This document shows, piece by piece, positions 8,112 to 16,271 of a stretch of 25,717 nt of DNA. How positions within the stretch are numbered: position 1 is the first letter of the stretch; the number at the start of each line of letters is the position of its first letter. The notes beneath the pieces were generated by a model. That model worked only from the letters and a program-made list of their open reading frames with translations. It searched no databases and had not been told where the DNA came from. Source of the stretch: a virus (taxonomy: Duplodnaviria > Caudoviricetes); the IMG/VR virus record IMGVR_UViG_3300034272_001821, positions 1 through 25,717 of that record, one strand, 5' to 3'. The position numbers were made by a program, and so were the translations under genes.

Positions 8112-9449
8112 TTAATATGATTTTCCCGAAAAGTCAGTTGGATATTGAGAAGGTTTGATGTTTTTTATCCAATAATTAACAGCATTTTGGTCATTTATCC
8201 AATTCTTACGGTCATCCCAATTGAAAGAGGGCTTAGCGTAGTAAGGTAACATATTTTTGATTGCAGCTGCTCTAGAAGGATGCTCTGCTCTTACTATATC
8301 TATTATACCATCACCATTTGTATCGTATCCATCAATAGTACCATCATTATCATAATCAATTGCTCTCTTTGAGTAATCGGTTTGTAGGTTCATTAGTATT
8401 TCATCAGTTATTTCAGGCTCCAATGCTTTCTTTTCTTCATCAGTTAGTGTTACTTCAGATTCTTCCACATTTGTTGTAGCGGAATCAATTTCTTTTTTTT
8501 TTATGTCCTCCGTTTGAAGTAATTGCTCTTTATATTTCTCAGCTGCCTTTATAAGCTCCTCACTTGGGGCTGATGGTGTATCTATAGCGTCAAAGAACAC
8601 TTCTGTATCTTTTTTAGTTGCTAATATAGCAGTTTCTTCATCTTTTGTAGAATTTTTTCCACTATCTCCGTAAATTTGGTAATTTTTTTCCATTAAATCA
8701 TCCAAATCATATGTTTTTTCCTTTTTTTTACCAATCAATCCATTAAATGCGATAATTAGAGCTATTGCAAGAGGGTCAAACACTATTACAATCAAAAATA
8801 TGAAGAATTTTACTACATTTTTCAATTCTATACCAAAAGCTTCGGCAATAAAACGAAATCCACCTACTTCTTTCTCCAAATCTAAGTTTTTTATCTTAAT
8901 TTCGTTGATTTTTTCGGTATTTTTAGCGTTTTCATCTTGCAAATTAGAAATTTTCTTATTAATTGTAGCAACTTGCCTATCTTTGTTATCAATTGAACGT
9001 AAAAGTCGGTTATTTACCGTACCCTTATCCAATATTGTGTTTTGTGTTGAGGATAATTGTCCTAATTGAGTGTTAAGTTGAGTAATTTGTGAGTTATTTT
9101 GCTCAATTTTAGTTGAAAATACCAATACTTCTCTATCTACTTGCTGTAATTGTAAAGATTGTGCTTGGAAAGCGTTAGAAAGATATCCAAATATACCAGC
9201 AGATGTAATCATCATAAGAATTCCTACTGCTATTGTTAAATACCACTTATTAAAACCCTTAATTTCATCCCACATTTGCTTCAAATAGGTTGCTGCAACT
9301 AATTTAGCAAACTCTAATGAGCCTGCCATCACCATTACCGCAGTTGATGCTCCACTAAAAAGTACACCCAATCCAGTTACTGAAAAGAATGCTGCACATC
9401 CGGCAATAATTAGTGCTGAAAATCCAACTAAGAACTTTAACCAATTCAT
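8112..9449 (-). CDS. Multi-TM protein with coiled coil and acidic tail bearing DxDxDG-type loops
   Basis: N-terminal TM bundle (AAFFSVTGL, LEFAKLV, ITSAGIFGYLS), heptad region, TM with VFDPLA, and DYDNDGTIDGYDTNGDGIID. Confidence 0.8.
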   Translation of the reverse strand: MNWLKFLVGFSALIIAGCAAFFSVTGLGVLFSGASTAVMVMAGSLEFAKLVAATYLKQMWDEIKGFNKWYLTIAVGILMMITSAGIFGYLSNAFQAQSLQLQQVDREVLVFSTKIEQNNSQITQLNTQLGQLSSTQNTILDKGTVNNRLLRSIDNKDRQVATINKKISNLQDENAKNTEKINEIKIKNLDLEKEVGGFRFIAEAFGIELKNVVKFFIFLIVIVFDPLAIALIIAFNGLIGKKKEKTYDLDDLMEKNYQIYGDSGKNSTKDEETAILATKKDTEVFFDAIDTPSAPSEELIKAAEKYKEQLLQTEDIKKKEIDSATTNVEESEVTLTDEEKKALEPEITDEILMNLQTDYSKRAIDYDNDGTIDGYDTNGDGIIDIVRAEHPSRAAAIKNMLPYYAKPSFNWDDRKNWINDQNAVNYWIKNIKPSQYPTDFSGKSY

Positions 9450-9450
9450 A

Positions 9451-9630
9451 TTACGATAAATCTACTATGTTTGTTGTTAATTCTACCAATCTTTCGATTT
9501 CATTTGATAACTTAATTGCTTGTGCTTGGTCTGCAGGCCTTTCACCTTTTAACATTTCAGCAATAACTTTAGCTCTTTTAGCAATAGCTTCTAAATGCTC
9601 TTGAGCTCTCATTTTGTATTCTGGTTTCAT
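9451..9630 (-). CDS. Small helical hypothetical protein, 59 aa, not in the ORF track
   Basis: MKPEYKMRAQEHLEAIAKRAKVIAEMLKGERPADQAQAIKLSNEIERLVELTTNIVDLS*; fills the gap exactly and is preceded by ATATTTAT. Confidence 0.75.
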   Translation of the reverse strand: MKPEYKMRAQEHLEAIAKRAKVIAEMLKGERPADQAQAIKLSNEIERLVELTTNIVDLS

Positions 9631-9653
9631 AATTTGTTTTTTAAATTGTATAT

Positions 9654-9661
9654 ATAAATAT
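9654..9661 (-). promoter_or_regulatory. ATATTTAT putative late promoter
   Basis: Directly after the hsp20 terminator, 23 nt upstream of ATG 9630. Confidence 0.55.
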
Positions 9662-9665
9662 ACTC

Positions 9666-9700
9666 AAAATAAAAATGAGGGTGAAATCAATCACCCCCAC
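9666..9700 (-). terminator. Intrinsic terminator of hsp20
   Basis: TGGGGGTGA-TTGATT-TCACCCTCA followed by TTTTTATTTT. Confidence 0.85.
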
Positions 9701-9728
9701 TTATTGTTAGTTTGTTATTTAAGTTAAA

Positions 9729-10208
9729 TTAACCAATTGAAATTGTTCGTTTCTTTGGCTTTTCGGGTTCTCTCTTTGGTATTTGTAATTCCAATACACC
9801 ATCTTCAAATGATGCTTTTACACTATCTAAATCAAAGATTTTAGAATCAGCTGTAAAACTTCTTAAGAATGATGAACGTTTAACTTCTCTACGAAGATAT
9901 ACTCCACCTTCTTTTTCGGTTGCTTTACTTGATTTTTCTCCTTTTAGTGTAATCACATCACCATCTACATCAATGGTAATTTGTTCTTTGGTTAATCCCG
10001 GAACTTCTGCTACAATCTCAATACGGTCATCAAAATTAATGATGTCACATTTTGGATAAGCTGCTTGTTGGAATGCGTTGATACCAATTTCCTTTGATAA
10101 TTCAGGAAATGATTCTGAAAATACTTTATCGAATAAAGTATCTAATGGTGAGAAGAACTCGTCCCTAAATTGGGGAATAGGGAATCCCTTTTGAATTTGT
10201 GCTTTCAT
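9729..10208 (-). CDS. Small heat-shock protein Hsp20/alpha-crystallin
   Basis: YPKCDI, AEVPGLTKEQI, LRRE...SFLRSF and ASFEDGVLELQIPK, plus C-terminal ISI motif. Confidence 0.93.
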   Translation of the reverse strand: MKAQIQKGFPIPQFRDEFFSPLDTLFDKVFSESFPELSKEIGINAFQQAAYPKCDIINFDDRIEIVAEVPGLTKEQITIDVDGDVITLKGEKSSKATEKEGGVYLRREVKRSSFLRSFTADSKIFDLDSVKASFEDGVLELQIPKREPEKPKKRTISIG

Positions 10209-10292
10209 TTTACCTTGTTTTTAAGCGTTAATTTGTATCTCCTTTTGGATGATACGCTGATATGCTGGCCAGCTCTATCAGTTTATAAATAT
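10209..10292 (-). promoter_or_regulatory. hsp20 promoter (ATATTTAT 10292-10285) and structured 5' leader
   Basis: Two hairpins: CTGATA..GCTGGCCAGC..TATCAG and GTATC(A)TCC-AAAA-GGAGATAC. Confidence 0.55.
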
Positions 10293-10306
10293 AATGAAAT
10301 TATTTT

Positions 10307-10969
10307 TTATTTAATTCCATTCTTATATTCACTATTCTCAATTCTACAACTCATATGGTCTGCCCAATGTAATAGATAAGGTAATTCAGTCTTTAACTGA
10401 AAGTTCTCATCGTATGAAATAAAGTACTTCTCATTTCCTTTATTATACAATCCATCTGCTAACATAATACCCAACATTTCTTTTTGTGTGTATTGGATAC
10501 TATATTTTTGTAATGTCCAAAGCGCTCTATGGGTTACATCAAAATAATTAATCTCTGGATTTTGTTTGAATAGGGAACCCTGATTCTTACGATGCCAATC
10601 CGATTCTTGCTCTACATAATATGGATGCCCAACATCACCTAATTTACCTAAGTCGTGGTGTAATGCTGCAAATAATAATTCCTCAACTTCAAAATCTATG
10701 ATACCACCATTAGCTTTGAATTGATTCATCTGTCCGATTGAATTCTTACATACATTCATAACGTGGTCAATATAACCACCATTGTATGCGGAATGAAAGT
10801 GAGCCTTCCCACTTGCCGGCGCTAATAATAACTCCATACCTAATTCATCTTCTGAATACATATGTAATAACTTCTCCATTCGTTCCGGTTGGTTTACGAA
10901 TGCTTTACGGATGAAAGATAAAAACTTCTCATAGTTTTCTTTCAATTGTTGTTCTGTGTAATTTCTCAT
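10307..10969 (-). CDS. HD-domain phosphohydrolase (YhaM-like HD region)
   Basis: APAS...HSAYNGGYIDHV, LHHDLGK and HWADHMS. Confidence 0.85.
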   Translation of the reverse strand: MRNYTEQQLKENYEKFLSFIRKAFVNQPERMEKLLHMYSEDELGMELLLAPASGKAHFHSAYNGGYIDHVMNVCKNSIGQMNQFKANGGIIDFEVEELLFAALHHDLGKLGDVGHPYYVEQESDWHRKNQGSLFKQNPEINYFDVTHRALWTLQKYSIQYTQKEMLGIMLADGLYNKGNEKYFISYDENFQLKTELPYLLHWADHMSCRIENSEYKNGIK

Positions 10970-10973
10970 AATA

Positions 10974-11005
10974 CAAATATACGATTTATTTTTTAATTTT
11001 CCAAA
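10974..11005 (-). promoter_or_regulatory. Bacteroidota-type promoter P3
   Basis: TTTGG-N19-TATATTTG, ending 4 nt before ATG 10969. Confidence 0.8.
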
Positions 11006-11415
11006 TTTGTTCCAGTCAGTACCTTATAGAGTATTTCAATATCTTCCTCCGATTGGCAATATCCCAATCCATCCCAATCCATTAATTCTACAAAGAAAGT
11101 TCCTTCAGGTAATCCCATCTCTTTTAATAATCCACTTTCATCGGTAGCGTTTGAAACTAATCTTGGACAGTATGGGTCATTTCTATCTTTAGGAATTGCC
11201 AAAGTATAATACCAAGCAATTGCTTCAGGTTTTTCCATTGGTTCTTCTGGTTCTTCATCTTCCATCTCACCAAAAAAATCATTATTTAACTCATTTAAAT
11301 CTTCACCAAATTCTTCAAATAGTGGTTCGTTTACATCACACTTACGCCAACCCTGTCTTTCAAAAGTTTCTTCGGTTATTGGAGTTAGTGGAAATTTTAC
11401 TTCTTTAGTTCTCAT
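10993..11415 (-). CDS. Acidic hypothetical protein
   Basis: PITEETFERQGW and LYKVLTG, with an E/D-rich central loop; coupled by TAATG. Confidence 0.75.
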   Translation of the reverse strand: MRTKEVKFPLTPITEETFERQGWRKCDVNEPLFEEFGEDLNELNNDFFGEMEDEEPEEPMEKPEAIAWYYTLAIPKDRNDPYCPRLVSNATDESGLLKEMGLPEGTFFVELMDWDGLGYCQSEEDIEILYKVLTGTNLEN

Positions 11416-11954
11416 TAATCTAAAATTACTTTTGTGTAAATTGTTTTTTTAGCATTATAGTTAAATGCCTTTATAACCATAGTATCTCCTTTCATTTCTG
11501 ATATAGGGGTTATGATTGTATTTACCTCACCATTCGTTCCACTATAAGATGCTTTATTTATTGTTGGTACTAATTCATCTTTAGATGCTATCATAGGAGG
11601 TAAACTAATTATTGTATATTGGCCTGTGTAATAGTTTATATAAGATTTACTAATATAAGCTACTGTATTACCTTTACGAATCCACCAATATAAATTACTT
11701 TCCCATTCAATCGTTTCGGCGGGTATTGGTTCTTTACCATTAACTAAAATTCTACCAGTAACTCTATATGGTTGCTGATTGGAATTTGGTATTAATTTTA
11801 AATGATAAAATCCATTAGCATCAATAGGTAATGCTTTAGTTCCACCTTGTGTTAATACTGAATCAATTGAAAATGTATAGTTTTTTTGAGGAACTGTAAC
11901 ATCATCTTTTGAACATGCTGAAAATAAAATTAAGAGGGGTATTAATCTTTTCAT
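11415..11954 (-). CDS. Lipoprotein
   Basis: Type II signal peptide MKRLIPLLILFSA-C followed by SKDD, resembling the Bacteroidota lipoprotein surface-export signal; beta-rich body. Confidence 0.8.
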   Translation of the reverse strand: MKRLIPLLILFSACSKDDVTVPQKNYTFSIDSVLTQGGTKALPIDANGFYHLKLIPNSNQQPYRVTGRILVNGKEPIPAETIEWESNLYWWIRKGNTVAYISKSYINYYTGQYTIISLPPMIASKDELVPTINKASYSGTNGEVNTIITPISEMKGDTMVIKAFNYNAKKTIYTKVILD

Positions 11955-12439
11955 TATAATAATTTTTTAAGTATTGATTCCCAATTCGGGTATTCGTTCC
12001 AAGTTTCAGTTTCGTATGCCCAACCGAATCGTAATAACTCACCTTTGAATTCTCCGGCTCCGTTAGCAGTTCTATCATCAATTAAATAATCACCAATTAA
12101 TAATCCTTTCAAATGTGTAATAGCCATTTTCTTATGAAAGATTCTACCAAAGTGTTCTTCAATCCAAAATCTTTTATCCATAGCTGCCATAGGATTCCCC
12201 CAAGGTGCTGCGGTTGCTATATACAATTCATACTTACCACTTTCTACTAATTTATGGATAGCTTCAATAGCTCCTTCAATTGGTGGTGGGTTTCTAAATA
12301 TGCCCGGTATATGGTCATATCTACCTTTGTACGATTCTCTTAAAAATGTGTTGTTTGATATAGTGTTTTCAACGTGTAAACCAAAGTCTACTAAAACACC
12401 ATCCATATCAATCCATACTATTTGCTTGTTATTACTCAT
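11954..12439 (-). CDS. 5'(3')-deoxyribonucleotidase (NT5C, HAD family)
   Basis: DMDGVLVDF, IATAAPW, DKRFW and GDYLIDD motifs. Confidence 0.9.
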   Translation of the reverse strand: MSNNKQIVWIDMDGVLVDFGLHVENTISNNTFLRESYKGRYDHIPGIFRNPPPIEGAIEAIHKLVESGKYELYIATAAPWGNPMAAMDKRFWIEEHFGRIFHKKMAITHLKGLLIGDYLIDDRTANGAGEFKGELLRFGWAYETETWNEYPNWESILKKLL

Positions 12440-12460
12440 ATCTTCTCTTTCTTTATATAA

Positions 12461-12492
12461 TAAAGATACGAAATATATTTGACATAACCAAA
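12461..12492 (-). promoter_or_regulatory. Bacteroidota-type promoter P4
   Basis: TTTGG-N19-TATCTTTA. Confidence 0.75.
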
Positions 12493-12505
12493 CATTTGGG
12501 GTAAA

Positions 12506-12604
12506 ATAATAGGTTGAAAATCAACAAGTTATGCTGTTTTTTAGGCAAAAATATAACCCGTTGAAAATCAACGAGTTATACCTTATTGTAAATCAATGAG
12601 TTAT
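12506..12604. repeat. Three copies of a 27-bp imperfect palindrome
   Basis: ATAATAGGTTGAAAATCAACAAGTTAT (12506), ATAACCCGTTGAAAATCAACGAGTTAT (12553), ATACCTTATTGTAAATCAATGAGTTAT (12578). Confidence 0.85.
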
Positions 12605-12612
12605 GAAATATG

Positions 12613-13443
12613 TTAGTTTTCTACTATGTGTACTCCCTCCACAAGTTCACCTTCGGATGGTGCCTCTAAATTAAGTTCAAATGGATTACTTTCACCCAAT
12701 TTAATTTCTTCTTCTAATTCATATCTTTCAAGCACCCTTCTAACAATGCCTGAACGAATACAATCAGATGATTCGAATTCTATTTGATAAGCTCCCTTCA
12801 TACCTGCTAATCGTTTCCATATATCATAGAATCCACTTTTTTGATAAGCAGGTACTCCATTAGCACGATACTTATCACATTGAGAAAGGTCACCTTCTAT
12901 AATTAATTTTGAATCATCTGAAATTCTAGTGATTAAAGTTTTCAATTGTAGTGGTGATGCGTTTTGAGCTTCATCTAAAATAATATAACTCTTTTCAAAG
13001 TTGATACCTCTTAAGAAGTTCATTACTCTAAACTCAATCTTTTTGTTTTCAATTAATTTCTTAACTTCAACAGGTCCAATAATTTTGTTTAAGATAAATA
13101 AAGATGATTCGTTATGTACTTCTATCTTCTCCATCAAATCGCCAGGCAAATGACCTAACTTATCTTCGTTACCAACATCAACGGTTGGATTGATTATAAT
13201 AAGTTTTTCAATTGGTGATGATTTATGTAATAATAGTTCTAATCCTTTTTGTATTGATATGTAAGTTTTTCCAGCTCCGGCTAAGGCATGGGCCATTATA
13301 ATATTGTTCCCTTCGTTTTCTATCGCTTTGTAAAATCTCTTTTGGTTTTTTGTTTTAAATTTAATTCTCTTTATAACCTTTGGTAATGAATGCATTACTG
13401 TCTCTAATTCTTCTAAACTTTGCAATTTCTCTTTCTTAGCCAT
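12613..13443 (-). CDS. phoH: PhoH family ATPase
   Basis: KTKNQK, AGAGKT, LGHLPGDLMEK, FLRGINF, ILDEAQN, LITRI, GDLSQCD and IRSGIV. Confidence 0.92.
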   Translation of the reverse strand: MAKKEKLQSLEELETVMHSLPKVIKRIKFKTKNQKRFYKAIENEGNNIIMAHALAGAGKTYISIQKGLELLLHKSSPIEKLIIINPTVDVGNEDKLGHLPGDLMEKIEVHNESSLFILNKIIGPVEVKKLIENKKIEFRVMNFLRGINFEKSYIILDEAQNASPLQLKTLITRISDDSKLIIEGDLSQCDKYRANGVPAYQKSGFYDIWKRLAGMKGAYQIEFESSDCIRSGIVRRVLERYELEEEIKLGESNPFELNLEAPSEGELVEGVHIVEN

Positions 13444-13463
13444 AGTGCCTTTTTTTGTTTTGT

Positions 13464-13811
13464 CTATGAGCTTGTAACTAAAGGAGGTGATTTTACTCTC
13501 ATCCTTCTTTTGCTTTTTATTAAATTAATTGTTGTATGGATTTCTCTACACAATTCATACTTCTCCAAATTAACGCATAGCTGAAGTAAGTGTTCTAATG
13601 CAAGAACATAATCTTTACTTTCAATTGTAGCAACAATATCAGATTGTTTGAAACGGATAAGAATGATTTGTGATTTTCTCTTTTGGTGAGCCAGCGTAAT
13701 TCGCTGTAATGTTTGTACAATAAATGAATCGCCAAAATCGCTTAAGTATTTGTTAATAGTCGGGTTGGAACTATTTAGGTATTTTTTCCAATTAACTTTT
13801 AACATACCCAT
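13464..13811 (-). CDS. Hypothetical protein with UVR-like helical motif
   Basis: LEHLLQLCVNLEKYELCREI resembles the UVR (E.YE.A..I) pattern. Confidence 0.65.
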   Translation of the reverse strand: MGMLKVNWKKYLNSSNPTINKYLSDFGDSFIVQTLQRITLAHQKRKSQIILIRFKQSDIVATIESKDYVLALEHLLQLCVNLEKYELCREIHTTINLIKSKRRMRVKSPPLVTSS

Positions 13812-13830
13812 ATGAAACGTTTAATTACAT

Positions 13831-13838
13831 ATAAATAT
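13831..13838 (-). promoter_or_regulatory. ATATTTAT putative late promoter
   Basis: 19 nt upstream of ATG 13811. Confidence 0.55.
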
Positions 13839-13856
13839 AAACTACTTTTAAATGCG

Positions 13857-15299
13857 TTATTGTATATTTTGAAAATCCCTCTGCCTATCTATATAATCTA
13901 TATTTCTATTTTGATTATCATAATAGTCATAGCTACCACCACCTCTATATCCACCACCTCCGCCGTTATTTACGTTACCCGGAATATTACATGGTGCTAA
14001 TTGTGTTCTTTGATATAAATTATAATTACCACCAAATGAATTTTCTTCTATACAATATGTACCAACAAATCCATACTCAGCTATTGAAATAGTTTCAATC
14101 GAACCATTTGATGTTCTGAATGTCATTGTGCTTGCAGCTTGTGAAGCTGGTATTGATAATCTTATAATTTGATATTCAAAATAATTACCAGTACCTGTAT
14201 TTGAATTTGAAGGTGGTGGGGTGTCTGTTCCTATTGGGTTTTTATTACCATCCAATTCATCAACAGCTACTTCTTTTGGTGCTTGTTCAAATTCAAGAAG
14301 TATTTCTGGTGCAATAACTCCACCATCTTCTATTTCATCAATATTAGTATCAGATAATACCCAATCAATATATTTTACTAATAAAATACAATCAACAAAA
14401 ACGCCATTAACCTCAATTATATCTTTTGGTTTTGGAGCAATTAATGATTTATTTTTTATTCTATCAAAAAAAGTTGGTTTATCTATTTGTATATTTTCTT
14501 CTTTAAGTGCTTTAGTTACTATTTTAGTTGTACCAGATGTAGTAATAAAGTTTTCAATTTTTTTCTTTCTATCTTTTAATGCTAATAATTTATCACCCAA
14601 TTGAGTTGTTATATCATCAATTTGTTTATCTCTATTAAATGCTATTTTTGAATTAATAGTATCACCATCAATTTCAATTTTAGCACGTGAACCAAACATT
14701 CCAAACCTCTTTAGTTTAGATGGTACATTTGTTATTTCATTTTCTAATTTAGAAATTTGAGAATTTACTAAATTTAATTGGTTTGATATTACGGATGTAT
14801 TCGCATCATTATTAGAATTACCAGCGTTACCAGTTAAAGTAGCTATTGCTCTACTGTTTGGTGAAGATATGCCAGCATTACTATATAATATAAAATTATT
14901 TCTTAAAAATACTAATCCTCTTTTTAATTCAGCTTCTTTATATGAATCGCTTGAATTTACTATTTCTTTTAAGTATATATTAACAATATGTGATGGGTCA
15001 AATGAAGCTTGTAAAAAATAAGGATTTGCTTCTATTCTAGATGCTGATAAATCTCTATGATAAATTTCTGATGTATAATATTGAGGTGTTGTATCATTCC
15101 TATCTTCATATATTGCCACTAAAGTACGAATACTAATATCAGGTACAATACTTATATCATCCAACTTTGGTAAATCGAAATCTATTTTATTCACCTCATC
15201 ATACAATCCAAAAAGACTTGATTTTCCAATACCAGTTGTAATGTAATTACCTGTTTGTGGATATTTGTTTGTAATTCTAGTTAGCCTGTTGTATTGCAT
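13857..15299 (-). CDS. Hypothetical 480-aa protein, possibly virion-associated
   Basis: Long ORF with central coiled coil, P/N/G linker and G-rich tail; ATATTTAT 4 nt upstream of the start. Confidence 0.75.
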   Translation of the reverse strand: MQYNRLTRITNKYPQTGNYITTGIGKSSLFGLYDEVNKIDFDLPKLDDISIVPDISIRTLVAIYEDRNDTTPQYYTSEIYHRDLSASRIEANPYFLQASFDPSHIVNIYLKEIVNSSDSYKEAELKRGLVFLRNNFILYSNAGISSPNSRAIATLTGNAGNSNNDANTSVISNQLNLVNSQISKLENEITNVPSKLKRFGMFGSRAKIEIDGDTINSKIAFNRDKQIDDITTQLGDKLLALKDRKKKIENFITTSGTTKIVTKALKEENIQIDKPTFFDRIKNKSLIAPKPKDIIEVNGVFVDCILLVKYIDWVLSDTNIDEIEDGGVIAPEILLEFEQAPKEVAVDELDGNKNPIGTDTPPPSNSNTGTGNYFEYQIIRLSIPASQAASTMTFRTSNGSIETISIAEYGFVGTYCIEENSFGGNYNLYQRTQLAPCNIPGNVNNGGGGGYRGGGSYDYYDNQNRNIDYIDRQRDFQNIQ

Positions 15300-15303
15300 A
15301 TAG

Positions 15304-15311
15304 ATAAATAT
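15304..15311 (-). promoter_or_regulatory. ATATTTAT putative late promoter
   Basis: 4 nt upstream of ATG 15299. Confidence 0.55.
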
Positions 15312-15327
15312 ACCTATATAAAATTCT

Positions 15328-15567
15328 TTACTTTTGTAGGTTTTCTATCTTACGATTGAGATAGAATGCGGCTTTCTTTAAATCTTCTAATTCCTTTTGT
15401 GGGTCTTTCTTACCGGCTCTTGCTATGTATTTAGCAACATTGAATAGGTATGCATCTTTATCCAAACCCCAAGCTTCACATACTTTAATTACTTCGTATA
15501 TATTATCAACACCACCATAATAAGATGGATTTTTAACTGCTTCTTTGATGTTTGGTTTAGTAGCCAT
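15328..15567 (-). CDS. DUF3310 family protein (T7 gp1.7-like nucleotide kinase family); start ATG 15567
   Basis: VKNPSYY, EVI, FNVAKYIARAGKK and EDLKKAAFYL. The track's longer start spans promoter P5. Confidence 0.85.
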   Translation of the reverse strand: MATKPNIKEAVKNPSYYGGVDNIYEVIKVCEAWGLDKDAYLFNVAKYIARAGKKDPQKELEDLKKAAFYLNRKIENLQK

Positions 15568-15593
15568 ATATGTAGATATTTTTATTCGTTTTA

Positions 15594-15625
15594 CAAATAT
15601 ACGAAAAATATTTGAAACTACCAAG
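15594..15625 (-). promoter_or_regulatory. Bacteroidota-type promoter P5
   Basis: CTTGG-N19-TATATTTG. Confidence 0.75.
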
Positions 15626-15696
15626 CAAACCCATGTTTATTATTTTTTTTTAAAAATATTTGTAAAAAATCAGCTTTTGGGATATCGGCAGTATAT

Positions 15697-15785
15697 ATAT
15701 TTATAGCACTGGGACACTGGGACAAAGAAAGCAGTTTAAATAAAGACTTAGACAATAGACAAGGAAACTGTATTAAACAAGAGAC
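15697..15785 (+). other. Non-coding purine-skewed tract with short tandem repeats behind a plus-strand ATATTTAT
   Basis: ATATTTAT 15697-15704; CACTGGGA x2 (15707-15722); TAGACAA x2 (15749-15762); no ORF. Confidence 0.5.
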
Positions 15786-16018
15786 TATATATCTGAAAAA
15801 GTCCCATCTTCGTTTTTCTGAACTACTTTATAAACTCTACCACTCGGGTCTTCGTTCATTAATAATCCAACTTTTGTTTGAGCTTCTTCTATCGTTTCAA
15901 ATTCATCGATAGTATCATTAGCATTTAATTTCAATACCCATATTTGTCTTTTAGCCCAATTAGGGTCACCCATACTTCTATCTACGGGAATAAGTTGTTT
16001 ATGTACAAAATAAGCCAT
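15785..16018 (-). CDS. Hypothetical protein
   Basis: 77 aa, F.TIEEA motif, operon context. Confidence 0.7.
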   Translation of the reverse strand: MAYFVHKQLIPVDRSMGDPNWAKRQIWVLKLNANDTIDEFETIEEAQTKVGLLMNEDPSGRVYKVVQKNEDGTFSDI

Positions 16019-16024
16019 TTTTAT

Positions 16025-16267
16025 TTATTTTTTCTTTAAAAGAGATTTTATATCACAATAACATGCATTAGCACTATGAGCTATTGCCATTAGTATCCAC
16101 ATCAAAGTCATTTCACCCAAACCAAATAAGGTTTTAGGAGTATCGGTACTTAATGTGTTTGGTGAACAATGTGTTATTGATTGTGATGGTTGATAAAAGT
16201 AAAATGCCAACCCTAAAAAGATTGCTGAAACCCAATATCGTAGTATGTAATATTTTACCTTACTCAT
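16025..16267 (-). CDS. Small two-TM membrane protein
   Basis: Two hydrophobic segments; EMTLMWILMAIAH and CYC. Confidence 0.7.
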   Translation of the reverse strand: MSKVKYYILRYWVSAIFLGLAFYFYQPSQSITHCSPNTLSTDTPKTLFGLGEMTLMWILMAIAHSANACYCDIKSLLKKK

Positions 16268-16271
16268 ACTA

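Noticed and set aside
12506-12604. Mini CRISPR array
   Set aside because: Copies are degenerate, one gap is 20 bp and the other pair overlaps; no cas genes in the window.
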